Assembly (NCBI RefSeq): GCF_009834535.1
Contig: NC_045696.1
Coordinates: 20,524,001 to 20,588,000, forward strand
Length of the DNA: 64,000 bases
Direction of reading: 5' to 3'
Source: Camelus ferus
Taxonomy: Eukaryota
Shown: piece by piece, positions 37,301-50,482 of the stretch
How positions within the stretch are numbered: the stretch's first letter is position 1
Layout: every line of letters starts with the position of its first letter
Notes under the pieces: generated by a model
Databases searched by the model: none
What the model saw: the letters and a program-made list of their open reading frames with translations, nothing else
What the model was told of the DNA's origin: nothing
Made by a program: the position numbers and the translations under genes

Positions 37301-38582
37301 CCCCAATTATTCCCATCGGAGAAGACTCTCTTCCAACCTGTAGTCTTCAGCCTTAGTATCTGGAACAGAGCATATTTGCTTCCTCCCTCACCAACATCTA
37401 CCCGAGTGTAATTTTATATGATTCAAGTGATAATTGGCTTGATGGCTATTCTTTACACGAGACAAAGGACTTGCTATGATTTTCTGCTCCCTACATTTTC
37501 CCCAGAACTTAGCACAGTACTTAGCATATGGTAGGTGGTCCATAAAAGTGTAGTTAAGTAAGTAATCACAGTGATCCTACGGAAACCAAAAACACATTTT
37601 CCCTCTACCCACCCAAATTACTCAGAAGGATTAAACAGAATAAATGGAGATACAGTCTCCCAAAGAGGAGGACCAAGGGTGGGTTCATGTTTAAAGACAC
37701 AATTTGGAACATACTTCTACAAGCTGGGCTTCAAATGGAATGAAAGAAAATCACTAAGAGTCCCACCTCCATTCAAAGGTAGAAAGTTGTAAGAGAAAAC
37801 TACTTCTCTTTTAATACTAAGACAAATCTGTATAATAGCCCAAATTATATATTTTCTTGAACCTATCAGAGATGATTAAGGAGACTATCATTCCATGTGG
37901 TCTGGTCCATTATTTGCAATGTTTTTTGAAAATTCATATCATATAAATAAACTTTATTAGACAACTCATAGAATATGGAAATTTATTCATTTAACTGAAT
38001 ATCTCCCTCAATACGTGAAAATATTGCTCTGCCATGCAGAACAAAAAAGCAGTTTTTTATAAACCCTGGTCATCTAACATAATATAAAAATGTAAGCACA
38101 TTTTCCAACAAATGTGATATAAAATATATTACTTGTAATACACAAACTGCAGCATATTACATATAATAAATAACACATAAATGATGTACTAACCATGTAA
38201 TATGTAATGTATAATGAATCCACGTCAGGTCTTAACATACCACTATCCTGTGAGAACATACAATTTATTTCTTTCATTAATGTGCATCCTTTATTGCCTG
38301 TTGTATTTTTCAGGGCTATGGCAAAAAACAGAACATGTTTCAAAAATGGAGAGAGTTTGAGGTAGAGACAATTTAAAGGCTTAGACAGAGTTCAGAGAAA
38401 CCAACAGAAGTTAGTAGACAATATTACCTTTCATGAACCTAAAGGAAAATGGTCCAGAAAAAACTGTGTCTGTGTGAGGGCTGCCCAAAAGAAGCTGCAC
38501 CCTTGGTTTTCAGCCACCATCAGACTGGTCATCAAGGAGGGAGAATCAAGGGGAGTAGGAAGAAAAAAAATCTTCAGCCTTC

Positions 38583-38960
38583 TGTATTCTGCTAGGGCTG
38601 CCATAATAAAATACTTCAGACTTGGGTGGCTTAACAGCAGAATTTTATTTTCTCACAGATCTGGAGGCTACAAGTCTGAGATCAAGGGGTTGGCAGGTTT
38701 GGTTTCTTCTGAGATTTCTCCTTGGCTTTACATGGCCTTATGGTCTGTGCATGTACATCCCTGCTGTCTGTCCCTGCACATTCTAATTTCCTTTTCTTAT
38801 AAAAATGCAAGTCAGAATGCATTAGGTCCAACTCCAAGGGCCTCATTTTTACTCATTTACCCTTTTGAATGCCCTGTCTTCAAATACAGTCGTGTTCTGA
38901 GGCACTGGGAATGAATTTTCAACATACGAATTTTGTGGGGACACAATTCAATCCATAACA
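38583..38960 (-). mobile_element. MaLR solo LTR (MLT1A/B-like)
   Basis: GCTAGGGCTGCCATAATAAAATAC...GGGTGGCTTAACAGCAGAATTTTATTTTCTCACAGATCTGGAGGCTACAAGTCTGAGATCAAGG...GGGGACACAATTCAATCCATAACA. Confidence 0.9.
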
Positions 38961-38990
38961 ACCTCTAATCATGAGTACTTCTCATTGGGC

Positions 38991-39008
38991 ACAGCCACCT
39001 AGTGGCCA
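38991..39008 (-). promoter_or_regulatory. CTCF-binding motif
   Basis: Minus strand TGGCCACTAGGTGGCTGT fits the CTCF core CCASYAGRKGGC. Confidence 0.55.
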
Positions 39009-41038
39009 GAGGGCACAAAAATCCAGCATGCAATTCTTGGAGGTCAGGAGGGTTATGTGGAGAGGGGAATGGAAAATATTTTGCATGCCTGAGTAATACT
39101 TCCTGCATTTGTCTTAGCAAAACATAAAACATTTACTTTTATTATAAAGGATAAAAATATTGTCAACTTGATATTTCATTAAATTTGTTGAATAAAAATA
39201 TGATATTTTCATGTGAAACAATCGAATATCTCACTTTAGTCACAGACTATAGAGTTCTGTAATTTTTCTCCATTCTACTATAAGTTTCTGATAGCCAAGT
39301 TCAGTTACCTCTTCCCAATCTGTATTCTCCTTTCATCCCTATAAAATCTGGACGTAGGATAGTACCTCCTCTTTAGACAATTTCTTTTTCCTTTTTGATA
39401 TTAAGTTTTTTCACATATTAAATTCTTGAGCTCTTTGAGGGCAGGAATCTCATAAAACTGGTTCACCTCTGTTTGGCTGATAAGACAGTTGCTGTTCTGC
39501 TGAGTCCCAAACATAAATTTTATTCCACCCAAAATACAAACTTTTTTCTAGAGCTTATTACAAAAATCAGGCTATTGGGACATCAGTTGTCCAATTCCAT
39601 CCCAATGTGAGAGGATAAAGTTTTAAATTTAAATTGTTTTCTCTAATTAGAAGATTTGTGGCAAATAGCCATTTTTGGAGTTTATTTAAAGTGGCTAGGG
39701 GACATATTTTGTTAATCTTTCCCCTTTATTCCGTTTTGCAAATTCAGTTAAGAGTTAAAAGAGAAGTCCTGCTGCAGTGAAGATGACTGACCCTGACCAT
39801 ACCCTGGGCCACCAGCATAGGCTGATCATGCCACAGGGAGTTAACAGCTGAGAAGGATGATTTTAGTGGGTATATTTGCTGCCCAGCTCCTGAGCACAGA
39901 GGCATGAACAGTGCCTGCAGCAGAGCTCAGGAAACATTTTGTGGGCTTGCAAAGTCACGTGGCTGGAAACAAATCTTTTCATAGACTGTGAATAAGTTCT
40001 AAATTCACAGATCTAGAGAACTATTTTGGATTCACTGACATCCTGAATAATTAGATATTAGAAAAAAAAACCCTTTTTTTTTAAACTATGTGCTGAGTAT
40101 TATCTTGAGAAGCAGTCAACACTTCTCTATTCTCATAGACTAGAACTAGGGCCTGGGAGTGGGGAGGTCATTTTTCTAAATTTGCGGAGCTAAAATGCTT
40201 AATGTCAATTTTGACTGCAAAGTCTGATGTAATTGCCCTCATTTGCTGCTTTCTGAAAATAATATATATGATTTTTCATAAATATTATGTGTTTTCTTCT
40301 TTTATTTTGCTTTAATATTTCATATTTCAAGGGGGTAACACTGTCTCCATTTGTATGATTTTCAAGTAGTGATAGTGAAGCTTTATAAAGGACCCAGTCT
40401 TAAATGCTAGTTATTGTTTGATTGAAAGTGTTGGACAAGATCCTCCTTCGTAGCAAGATCTTAGTAAGATACGTGTGTGCACACACTCGTGTTAGCAGTA
40501 ACAATAACCAGAGTAAAGAAAAGTGGTTGGTTGTGTGTTGTCCACAGGAAAAGCAGACTGACTTTAGGAAGAAATAGTGAAGAGAAGCATGAGTTGGTGA
40601 GACTCATGAGAATCATGAGGAGACATTCAGGGTATACAAGGAAGTCAACAGGACAAGAGAGACAATATTTAGAAGTCTCTAAGACAACTGTGTTATTACA
40701 GTCTATGGCAACCTTTAATGCATGGATAATTCTAACACTTTATCATTTTACATTTAACATGGAACTTCATTGGATATTTGTGGTTCTGTATGTGATCTAA
40801 AGATTTAATGTATGCAATGTAGTGTTCTGTTAAATTAAATCTCAATTCTTATGCTTGGTGGTTGTTTGTAAAAATGCAAAAAATAATATACATTCACAGA
40901 TACATTGGTCTTATGCTGAAAAGCATAAAATTGCTTGGTGGGTAGAGTTTTTCTTCAAAAATACGATTAAATCTCTAAAACAGAAACAGTATTCCCTCTT
41001 CCTCATTTACTCAGAATGGACTCATAATAATAAAAACA

Positions 41039-41082
41039 ATCATCATCATCATCACCACCACCACCATTATCACCATCATCAC
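41039..41082. repeat. (CAT)n/(CAC)n compound trinucleotide repeat
   Basis: Seen directly; explains the poly-H run in ORF 40855-41085. Confidence 0.95.
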
Positions 41083-41084
41083 TG

Positions 41085-41305
41085 ACATGAATTGAGTGTT
41101 TAATGTGGGTTTGGAATAAAGTGCTTTGCCTATATTATTTCATTTAGTTCTGATAATCTTTATGAAGTTGGTCCTATTTTTCTTTTTTAGAGAAGAAGAA
41201 ATTGCCAAAAGAAGGAACTTGCCCAAAGTTACTTAGATAGTAAGTGGGAAAACTTCACCCAAACCCAATTAGTCTAATTCTAGAAATCATGCCTTATTTA
41301 CTGCT
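41085..41305 (-). mobile_element. MIR SINE
   Basis: ATTGAGTGTTTAATGTG...AAGTGCTTTGCCTATATTATTTCATTTAGTTCT...GAACTTGCCCAAAGTTAC...TAGTAAGTGG. Confidence 0.8.
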
Positions 41306-41527
41306 CCATATCTATCGTGCAGAAGATAAAATTGCTGGGGGGAAAACACTGTTCTAAAGGACTGAGAGATAAATGATGTGCTTATCAAAAACTGAAAATT
41401 CTATGCAAATCAAATATTGATGAAATGTTTTTTACCAAATTGTCTGAGGCAGAATCATTGAGAAGACAAAGAAAAAGCAGAAAATATAGAAAATTTCTTG
41501 ATTCTCAGGAGAGTAAAACATCAATGG

Positions 41528-41928
41528 TAGTATGAGTTGAACTGTTTCACTTAAATTCATATGTCGAAATCCTAATCCCCAGTACCTCAGAAGATATTTG
41601 GAGATGCGGACTTTAAAGACATAATTAAGTTAAGTGAGGCCATTAGGGTGGGCCTTAATCCAATCTGACCGATGTTCCTGTAAGAAGAAGAGATTAGAAC
41701 ATACAGCAAGAGATCTCAGGGACACATGCATACAGAGGAAAGACACATGAGAACTTAAGTAGAAGGTGGCCATCTGAAAACCAACCCTGGAGGTCTCAGA
41801 AGAAACCTTACCTGTCTACACCTTGATCTCAGGCTTTTAGTCCCCAGAACTATGAGAAAATAAATTTCTGTTGGTTAAGCCATTCAGTCCATGGTATTTT
41901 ATTATGGTAGCCCTAGAAAATTATTATA
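41528..41928 (+). mobile_element. MaLR solo LTR (MLT1B-like)
   Basis: AATTCATATGTCGAAATCCTAATCCCCAGTACCTCAGAA, GGCCATTAGGGTGGGCCTTAATCCAAT and CCAGAACTATGAGAAAATAAATTTCTGTTGGTTAAGCC...ATGGTAGCCCTAG. Confidence 0.9.
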
Positions 41929-44900
41929 AATAGCTTATAAGAAATAAAATTATTTTCAAATCTTCTGATAGATGCAAATGTCGACATTAATAATAGAATA
42001 TTTTATAACTTTCACATTATCAAAATTTAAAAGTCTTAAAAAGGTAAGTATTAGAAAGAATGTGATGGAATTGTTGTTCACATAAACCACTGGTGATGCT
42101 GTAAACTGATAAATTTCCTGCCATTTTTATTCTAAGCCTAGGTCACTTTCGTAATTAGGATTAGTGTTATAAATTGTATGCAAATGTACACCTTGCTTTT
42201 TAACTTAGCAAAAGAAAGTAAGTGATTTTGCAAATGATTCTATGTTGTTGTAAATATAATTTCAACTACTGCCTGATTTTGTTTTAATGGATTTCATATA
42301 ATTACTTAAACAGTCAGATATATTTTAAATCTAGATTACATTTTAAATTTTTTTTCATGATTATTGTTAACTCTGCAGTGAACATTTGTCTGTATAAAAC
42401 TTTGCATATAGAAGCTAATTTCTTTCAGCTAGATTCCTAGAAGTAGAAATGGTGGGTCTATAAATACAAACATATTAAAGAATCTTGAGATATTCTCACA
42501 AAAGATTTCCTGAAGAATTATATATAATCCTCTTGTGTGTGGTGTGATTATTTCACTTCTCCTAAACAAAACTGGCCCTACATCTGTTTCTGGTAAGACT
42601 TATTCTATATTTTGTCTTTACAAAATAAAGCAATTTTCCTAAAAATCACACCTGTGAATATTTTAAATAATAAATTGTCATGTACATGTAAGAAAATAAA
42701 ATCAAATGTCCTTTTTCTTAAACATTTTTAAACAATGGAATAATTTTACTTTTTAGATTTTACTTTAAAAATCCAACTTTTATATTTTCAATTCTGAGGC
42801 TAGGTGTTAACACTAGGAAATTAATATAAATTAGTTTATAATTCAGGCAAAATTTTACAAAATACTTCGGGAAATAAAAGTCTATTATTATTTGTCCTAT
42901 CACCATAGCTTTGTATCACTACAAAGTCTAACAGACTGTTTACTTTTGGAAAGGTAATGTCTCTGAGAGCTAAGATAACGTCTATAGAAATAGATGTTTC
43001 ATCTGCTAGTTATTTGAGGAAATGCAATAACCAACTACAGTTTAACCTCTATAAAAGTTCACAAACTCTCATTACCTCCATTCTGATCTTCCCACTCAAT
43101 TCACAGAATTTTACTTACATGATCTCAAATACGTCATCAAGCGTTCTTACACTGCAAGGACTGTCAGGGTCTTTTGCTGACTTTTATAACGACCCCAGTT
43201 GCTATGGCCGTCAAGATTATTATGCTTTTGAAAACCTGTTTGTCAACACCTAAGGATTAGTCTGAAAGTATCTGTAACCTAGTTGTACCTGTGGCAAATA
43301 GACAGTTTCCAAAAATTTGCTTGATTTATACTCAGTAAATTAGAAAGAATTTCTAGAAAGCATTTTATTCCTTGTTCCTTATAGTTTCCATTTTGCTTTA
43401 CAAGCATATATACTTTCTCTCAAATTCCAGGCATTTAATTAAATTCTTCCTCTAAATTGTCCATACACATACTTAACATAAAACATTACATTTTAATCAC
43501 AATGAGTAAAGGCTCTGTGGTACAATTCCTTTATTGAAGATACAACAGAAACTGTTTTCCTAGGCTTACCTAACTCTCTGTGGAGCTTATTTTTGGTATG
43601 CTTTATTAGAGTTGTCAAAGACTATGAGCCATTTGAATTGCTTTGCTATTGTTCCCTAGCCTGATACTACCTCAGGGGTTGTAATTAATTCAGATCTGTG
43701 TAAGCTATTCCCACACTTGATTTAAAAAATCACACAAACATATTGTTCTTTTTAAAATCCTCCCATTTTGTCATTTGTCCAAATAAGAAAAGGAAAAATC
43801 TGCTTTTTTCAGTTTTTATATCTGTGAATGGACCTGAGACACATTTAAATAAGAGCACATAATGCAAAAAAATAAAACCCTACATGAATTTTTATGAATA
43901 TACTATAAAACCACTTAAGATATATTTTGAACACAACAGTCTATTTCTTGATACTTGTATTACCTGTACTCTTAAAAAAATTATTACTTTTAGAGTCTCA
44001 GAATAATAATGAAAGTTTATGTGAATTTTTATTTATGGAACAAATTAGATGATTTTTTGTATGTGTACTACATACAGCATAAAATCACACTTAGAATTTT
44101 GTGCTTGCCAACATTTCCAGGTCTCTAAAATGCATAAGGATGTATTCCTCATGTTAGGAAATTTATGAGGCAAGAAAAACATTATTCAGACACACATCTT
44201 GTCAAAAGAAACTATTTACAATATAAAATAACTTTAAAAATACTAATTTCTAAAGAATACTACCTTTAATGTTTAATTATGACATTAGCGAAATTAAAAT
44301 TGTTTAGAATATATCCATGATATAGTTGATAGAATCAAATGTGTTTTCACCCATACAAATTAAGTTCTATAAAATAGCTATTATCTTTACATTTTGTAAT
44401 GTCAAGAAAAAGTAAAATTGTAATCTTTCATGATTGGAAAAGAATATTCAGGAATGCTTACACTGAATTTTTAAACTGTTACCTTCCTGGTAACTCCAAT
44501 ATTATGAAGATAAAGCCAAGGCCATTTACATCTAAGAGATGTTTAGAAACACACGTTGGAAACATAGAGAGATTTTTTTGTTCAAGTCACCGTGAACAGA
44601 AAGTGCACTGCTCATATTTTGCAAGCGGCATCCAGAGAAGTTAAGTTTCCTTAAAAGCTTGGAACAGTGTAACACAGAGAGAGATTTTATTCCTGAAATG
44701 TCAATAGCATACTTGTTGAAGATTTTGCAGCTAATAATGAAATTATCAAGGGTTCTAAATTTATATTGGTTCAAATAAAAGAAAAAACTATTAAACCACA
44801 GAGTGTGGTTAACTCTGTCCTTGGATACTAATCACTTAGGATTGAACTATATAAAAAGGAGTATTGTTTTATAATTACTAGAAAGAAAAGATGAAGTTTT

Positions 44901-45016
44901 CATATGACTAGAGAGCTGATTTTAAATTCAAAACAAAAAACAGAAAACAAATGCCATCTATTGTCCATAGGACATTTGGCACATTTTGGATAAGCGTGAA
45001 AACTGGCATCTGGAAT

Positions 45017-45126
45017 TGTCTTAGGTCAGGCAGCCATGACTAAAGGGTATATATACTGGGTGGCATAAACAACAGAGACTTATTTTTCACATTTCTCGAA
45101 GCTGTAAAGTCCGAGATAAGGATGCC
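45017..45126 (-). mobile_element. MaLR LTR 3' fragment
   Basis: TGTCTTAGGTCAGGCAGCCATGAC...CTGGGTGGCATAAACAACAGAGACTTATTTTTCACA...AAGTCCGAGATAAGG. Confidence 0.75.
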
Positions 45127-45589
45127 TGTTAAATACCTGAATTTTCTTAATACCTCTAATGTGTATATTCTGCTTTCAATAAATCCTTTCCCAACTCCTT
45201 GCTATCAGATTTTAAATGATTTCATAGAAGAAATCCTGTGTCAGATTTGGAGACGTAAACTTTCAACTGTTTGTTGAACGCTGGATGACTTATAAACAGA
45301 CTTAATTTTTGGCATCAAAGCTGCTCTAAACATTTAACATTGGGCTTACTGTTAGCTACTGATTAAGTTAGATAATATTTGTGAAAACATCTGCCTCATT
45401 GCCTGACACATAGAGACAACTGAAGAAATAATAGGTTTGGGCATATTTTTCTCTTCATGTTACAGTTGAGAATAATCTGATTCTAAACCAGGTTAGGTAA
45501 AAACTTCATAGCTGGTGATACTGCACTTAGAAGTATCATCTGCGATGTCACTACAATGCTTATGGTTGCTCTAGGGAATGACATGATAC

Positions 45590-45800
45590 AGAAAAGTGAT
45601 TACCAGATTTTGCTCTAGATCTGGATTCAATTTTTTGTTCTCTCTCTATTATATGTATTAAGTTATTTAATGTTTTGGCACCTCAGTTTTTGCATATATA
45701 AATTACAATAATACTTTCTAAATTATTGTTATGAGAATAAAAATATAAATCCTCGTAAATTTCTTAGCACAATGACTGCATATTGTAAAAATAATAATAA
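45590..45800 (+). mobile_element. MIR SINE
   Basis: GATCTGGATTCAA...AAGTTATTTAA...CACCTCAGTTTTTGCATATATAAA...TTGTTATGAGAATAAAA...CTTAGCACAATGACTG. Confidence 0.75.
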
Positions 45801-47989
45801 ATATATTTTTATGAGTGTAGTATTTCAACCCCTCCTCATCTCATCCCTTATTTTTAGTTCTTGCTAAGGCTGCCATCATTTGGTGTGTCTCAGCACATCT
45901 CAGACTCTCTGTGGTGAAGGACATTCTTTAAAAATATGATGTTTTGGTCCCATATGCAAAACAAATGTTACTGCAATGTACTAGATATGATTTTGAAACA
46001 CTGACTTGTATTTTTTTACCTGTTTTTGCAGCTGACCTTTAATAAGCACTCAATGCTCTATGGAACATAAGTTGAGTAACATGCATTATATTAGCCTATC
46101 ATGGATAGTCTATGAATTTTGGATTATTACTCTTTGAATAAATTTTAAAACAAACAAAATTATTAATCCGTATTTCTTTCATAGTTTTAAATGCTAATTT
46201 CATCTAATTTACTTTAGACACAAGCACATGATCTAATTTTTTAAATTCTTCCTACTGGACTTCATACTGTTTCCCATGTTCTGTACAGTTTACGGTTAAG
46301 TTACATACTTTAACCACTTCCACGTTTCTGGGTTATTAAACTTGGCTTTTTATGTCTTGGCAATTTCATGAAGTAACTTCAAACTGTAGGACAAGAAATG
46401 ACAGAGGATAATCACAGTCTCTTTTTGCAGATATAAGGAGTCTTTGTGAAATATTTGGTAGGAGAGAATCTTTTTAACTACTGGATAAACAATTGTTGGC
46501 ATTGCTGGTAGAGTCTTTTTGGATGAACATCCAGTTCCACATTCTCAGAGATAGATGAAAATAAAATTTAACAATGAATGTTATTTCATATTCTCAGCTA
46601 GCTTTCCTAGATTTTCTGTGTCATTTATTATTTTGAATAGTCATTCTCATTTTACTTGTCTAAGCATTTATGAACATAATGTTTATGCCAGCATTAGATA
46701 CTTGGTATGATTTTTATATTGCTTATGTCAACATAATTATATCTAGAATTTCATTTCACTATGATTTTAGTATAAAAATTGAGTTTGTAATACAGAGTAT
46801 ATTGCAATACTTATACAATATTTGAATTGTGTTTCAAAGTACATATACTTAATTTTTAAGGAAAAAAGCATGACAACTTTTCTCTGAATGGTGATAAATT
46901 TGTGATATTCTGTTGTTTTTCATGATTTTCCCTGAAAAACAATTTGAATTGTAACTAAAGAAGAGAATAATAAAGTGAACCATACAACTTTTCACTTTTT
47001 CTATAATTCTATTAGAATATTGTCATTTTATTATGTAGTATGTGTAGATAATTATATAAATATGTATTTTGTAACTATTCTCATAGATAATATGATTAAT
47101 CCAGGTTTTTCCAGATTGTTTTATGCCCATATGTAGCTAATTAACAATAAACAATTTATTGCAGAAATTACTTTATTCATTTCAAACATGCTATTTGCAT
47201 CTTTAAGCAAAGTTCTAGTGCCAAATTGCTTCCTAATATTTATCTTCTTGTCATTGTTTTCTAGTTACACAAAGGTCTATGATTCGAACTTTTTATTGCA
47301 GACAAAAGTTCTGAGGGATTCCTTTATGGTTTCATAATGTCCATTTTTCCTTATAATTTGACAAACTGTTTTTTATGTTTATAATTCAAAATTTGAGTCA
47401 TGTTATAATTAAAAATCAATAATCAATAGATAATTGATAACTAAAATCTGGAAGCAAAAGCATAATTACACAGGAAAATTTTCAGTTGACTAGTAACTTG
47501 GGTTTGGGTAAAATCAGCAAATTGTTAGGATAGAATTTACTATAAGAAGCATTTTACATCTATGTTATTGGACAAAACACAAGGACATTTAATTTACATA
47601 TGTTTATTAACAAATTCTGTTGTTTCGGTCTATTGATTAAGACTACAGTGAGCGTCCACTTTGTAGACAAATAATCAGCATGCAAATAGAAAAGTAAAAC
47701 TTTTATTACTATGTCAGTCAGCACTATTGTACTTAAATAAGATACAATGTATCATTTATTTTATTTTTCTTAAATTTTATCTCGTGGGACTGTGTGTCTA
47801 ATGAGAAACTGGTTTTTGTTCATCAAAATGACTCTTCGTAACTTGCAATGTTGCTCTCTATTGAAGACAAAAGAGTTAGTTTCAACATAAAAGAATTGTT
47901 TACTCTTCAATGAAATACTGAAATCTAGTTTTGAATTTAACAAAATATTTATTTTCTTTGAGTTAGCAATCATATTTACTGAAATATAA

Positions 47990-48303
47990 TGTCACGGTCT
48001 GAAAGTTTGTGTCCCCTCAAAATTCGTATGTTGGAATCCTAATGTGTAATATGATGGTATTAGAATGTGGTGCCTTTGAAAGATGCCCTATGGGGATTAG
48101 TGCCCTCATAAAAGAGATTCCAAAGAAATCTCTCGCCCCTTCTGCTATATGAGGATACAACAAGAAGTCTGTGACCCAACCTGCCGATGTTGGCACCCTG
48201 ATCTCAGACTTCTAGCTTTCAGAACTGTGAGAAATAAATTTCTGTAGTTTACAAGCTACCTATTCTGTGGTATTTTGCTATAGTAGCCTGAACAAACTAT
48301 GAA
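47990..48303 (+). mobile_element. MaLR solo LTR (MLT1A-like)
   Basis: TGTCACGGTCTGAAAGTTTGTGTCCCCTCAAAATTCGTATGTTG...GGATTAGTGCCCTCATAAAAGAG...GGCACCCTGATCTCAGACTTCTAG...AGAACTGTGAGAAATAAATTTCTG. Confidence 0.9.
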
Positions 48304-48911
48304 GGATAATTATAGCTCACTGTGAAAAATCTGAGACTTAGTATTACATAGTATTACTTTGTCTTTTATTTATTTGTCTATGTAACTATATGCACATGTC
48401 TTACACTGCAAGATAAATGTGGCCTGATCATTGAATAGTGGTGACAGATAAATTTTTGGAAAAATTGCTGGGAAAACTACCCACTAGCGAATGTATGTAA
48501 CTCTAGGATTCAGCAGCCTTCATGTTTTTAATTTCTACTATGTCCAGAGGTAGAGCATTTCACAATTTCAGCTAAAGGCATTTTCATTGTCAGTAGGCAA
48601 CCTAATTACTACATATCTTCAAAATGCCTTTTATTTACAAAGTTTTTATAGGTCTAATTTAATTGAGGACTTACAATAACTTTATAGGACAGGTGATGAA
48701 ACATTTTCAGGGAAACTGAGATTGTTATGAATAAGTCAGGTGGATAAAAGGTAAAAATCTATGCAAGAAGATTAAAGTTCCAGAGCAAATACTAATTTGT
48801 TAACAAGATATCCAGGACGAGGAGCTGTATTTTGCATTGAAAGCAAGGGAAGAAATTTCAGAAGACATTGGGCTCAGTGTGAGCACAAGACAGAGATAAT
48901 GTCCTGCCACT

Positions 48912-49430
48912 GCCTGTCAGCTGATGCATTAAATCATTCACTTAATAATCTATTGTTTGAAGATATCATTGAACAGAGGATATAGTAATAAATAAGACAC
49001 AAGAGCATTTCTGCATGTAGATTATATACTAGTGTGGCAGGAGAGAATTGTGGTATTACTAAACAAAAAATAAAATAATAATCTGTAATGATATAGGATA
49101 CTGAGGCGATGCAAGGGGTTAAGGGAGACAACAACTGGGAAGGCACCATTTATTTAGAGAAAAAAAGAATAAGAACGATCTACTAAGGAAGAGGGTTTTA
49201 GTAGCGAGAACGTCATTTATAGATGACCTGAGTCAGAAGTAGTGATTTGCATTTGAGAAACAGAAAGAAAACTTTTTGGTGGGGCACTAGTGATCTCTGT
49301 GAATAATATAATGATGTGAGTTTTGAATGGAGTAAAAAGATGAAATGTGGTGTTAGTACCTCCCTATGTCTTGGTGACAAAATCCTGTAGTATTTGGCAC
49401 AGCAAGACATAAAATTAAATGAGATAAATA
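48912..49430 (-). mobile_element. L2 LINE fragment
   Basis: TCATTCACTTAATAATCTATTG...ATAAATAAGACAC...AGATTATATACTAGTGTGG...GATTTGCATTTGAGAAA. Confidence 0.6.
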
Positions 49431-49959
49431 GGTAACAGTTAAAAGATTATGCAAAGAGAAGTTAAAAACTCATGAAAGGAGGTGTGTCTAATACTATGAG
49501 AGTGAATATTCGAAATAATTGATTAATGGAGAAGGTCAAAGAAGCTTACAGTGGAGATACTGAGTGGAGATATGGAGTAAGAGTAGTAATTAATTAAATC
49601 ATGGCAGAGGAGAATAATAGGAGTGTTTTGAATGAAGGGAACAAGATGTGTAAATCTTCTGCCTGAAGAGAGTGTGCAGAAACACAGAAATGAGTAGAGA
49701 AGCTTGGGTATGTGGTTTAGCAAGAGAGTGCTGGTCTCTGTTAGATGGTAATAGTGTACGAGACAGAGTGGGGACAGGGCTCTCTCTGGAGACAAGGGAT
49801 GACAGTTACAGGCTACAAGACATGGATCTCATTTCTACACTGGACAAAGAAATGTGGGTTCTAAGATAAACCACGGTATACAGCATGATATTCAGAAAGT
49901 TTAATCACTGTGGAATATGGCTCTTGAAGTATTCTGGTAATTAGCAGTTTGTTTAAAAA

Positions 49960-49982
49960 ACACACACACACACACACACACA
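49960..49982. repeat. (CA)n microsatellite
   Basis: About 11 CA units. Confidence 0.95.
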
Positions 49983-50482
49983 GCTAATAAATGCCAATGT
50001 TGGAATGCTAAACTTAAGTCTTTTGATTATAACCCCATCTTTGATATTCTTTTTAGAAAAGTTTGTGATTGTTCTCCCCAAACAACTGTTTGTGGTGTTT
50101 CTACATGAAAAAATAATTGTCTTCTAGTTGAAATTAAAGTAAGTTTAAATTAATCTTCAGAGTCTTCTGTTCCATTCATTTATTTAATTAGAGTTCTGTT
50201 GAACAATTTTTATGCATGACACTGGGAATGCACAGATAAAAGGCATATGCTTCTCTAGCCCTAATGAGTTTATAGTTGAATCACACATTTGTAATTGGTT
50301 ACAAATTAAATTTTTTTTTTTTTTGGTAAAATGGTTCCAAAAAAATTTAACTGGTTAACTGAGTAGGTTGTTAAAATAGAGTGTGCTAAATATTACATTG
50401 GAGATAGCATTGCTGAGGTCTGTGGAGTCATAAGGTTATGACCTAACTCATTTCTTGAGATGTGTGGAATTTTTGGTAAGTA

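Larger units (their letters stand above)
38380..39085 (-). mobile_element. Old ERVL-type LTR (LTR16/LTR33-like), interrupted by MLT1
   Basis: AGAGTTCAGAGAAACCAAC, AGAAGCTGCACCCTTGG and CTTCTCATTGGGCACAGCC...GGCCAGAGGGCA resemble antisense LTR16/33-type consensus. Confidence 0.5.

Noticed and set aside
38474..38914. Longest ORF in the window (146 aa)
   Set aside because: Lies mostly in an antisense MLT1 LTR, has a non-ATG start, and shows no protein-like features.
40855..41085. ORF ending in a His-tag-like tract
   Set aside because: Produced by a natural (CAT/CAC)n repeat at a MIR tail; no vector context.
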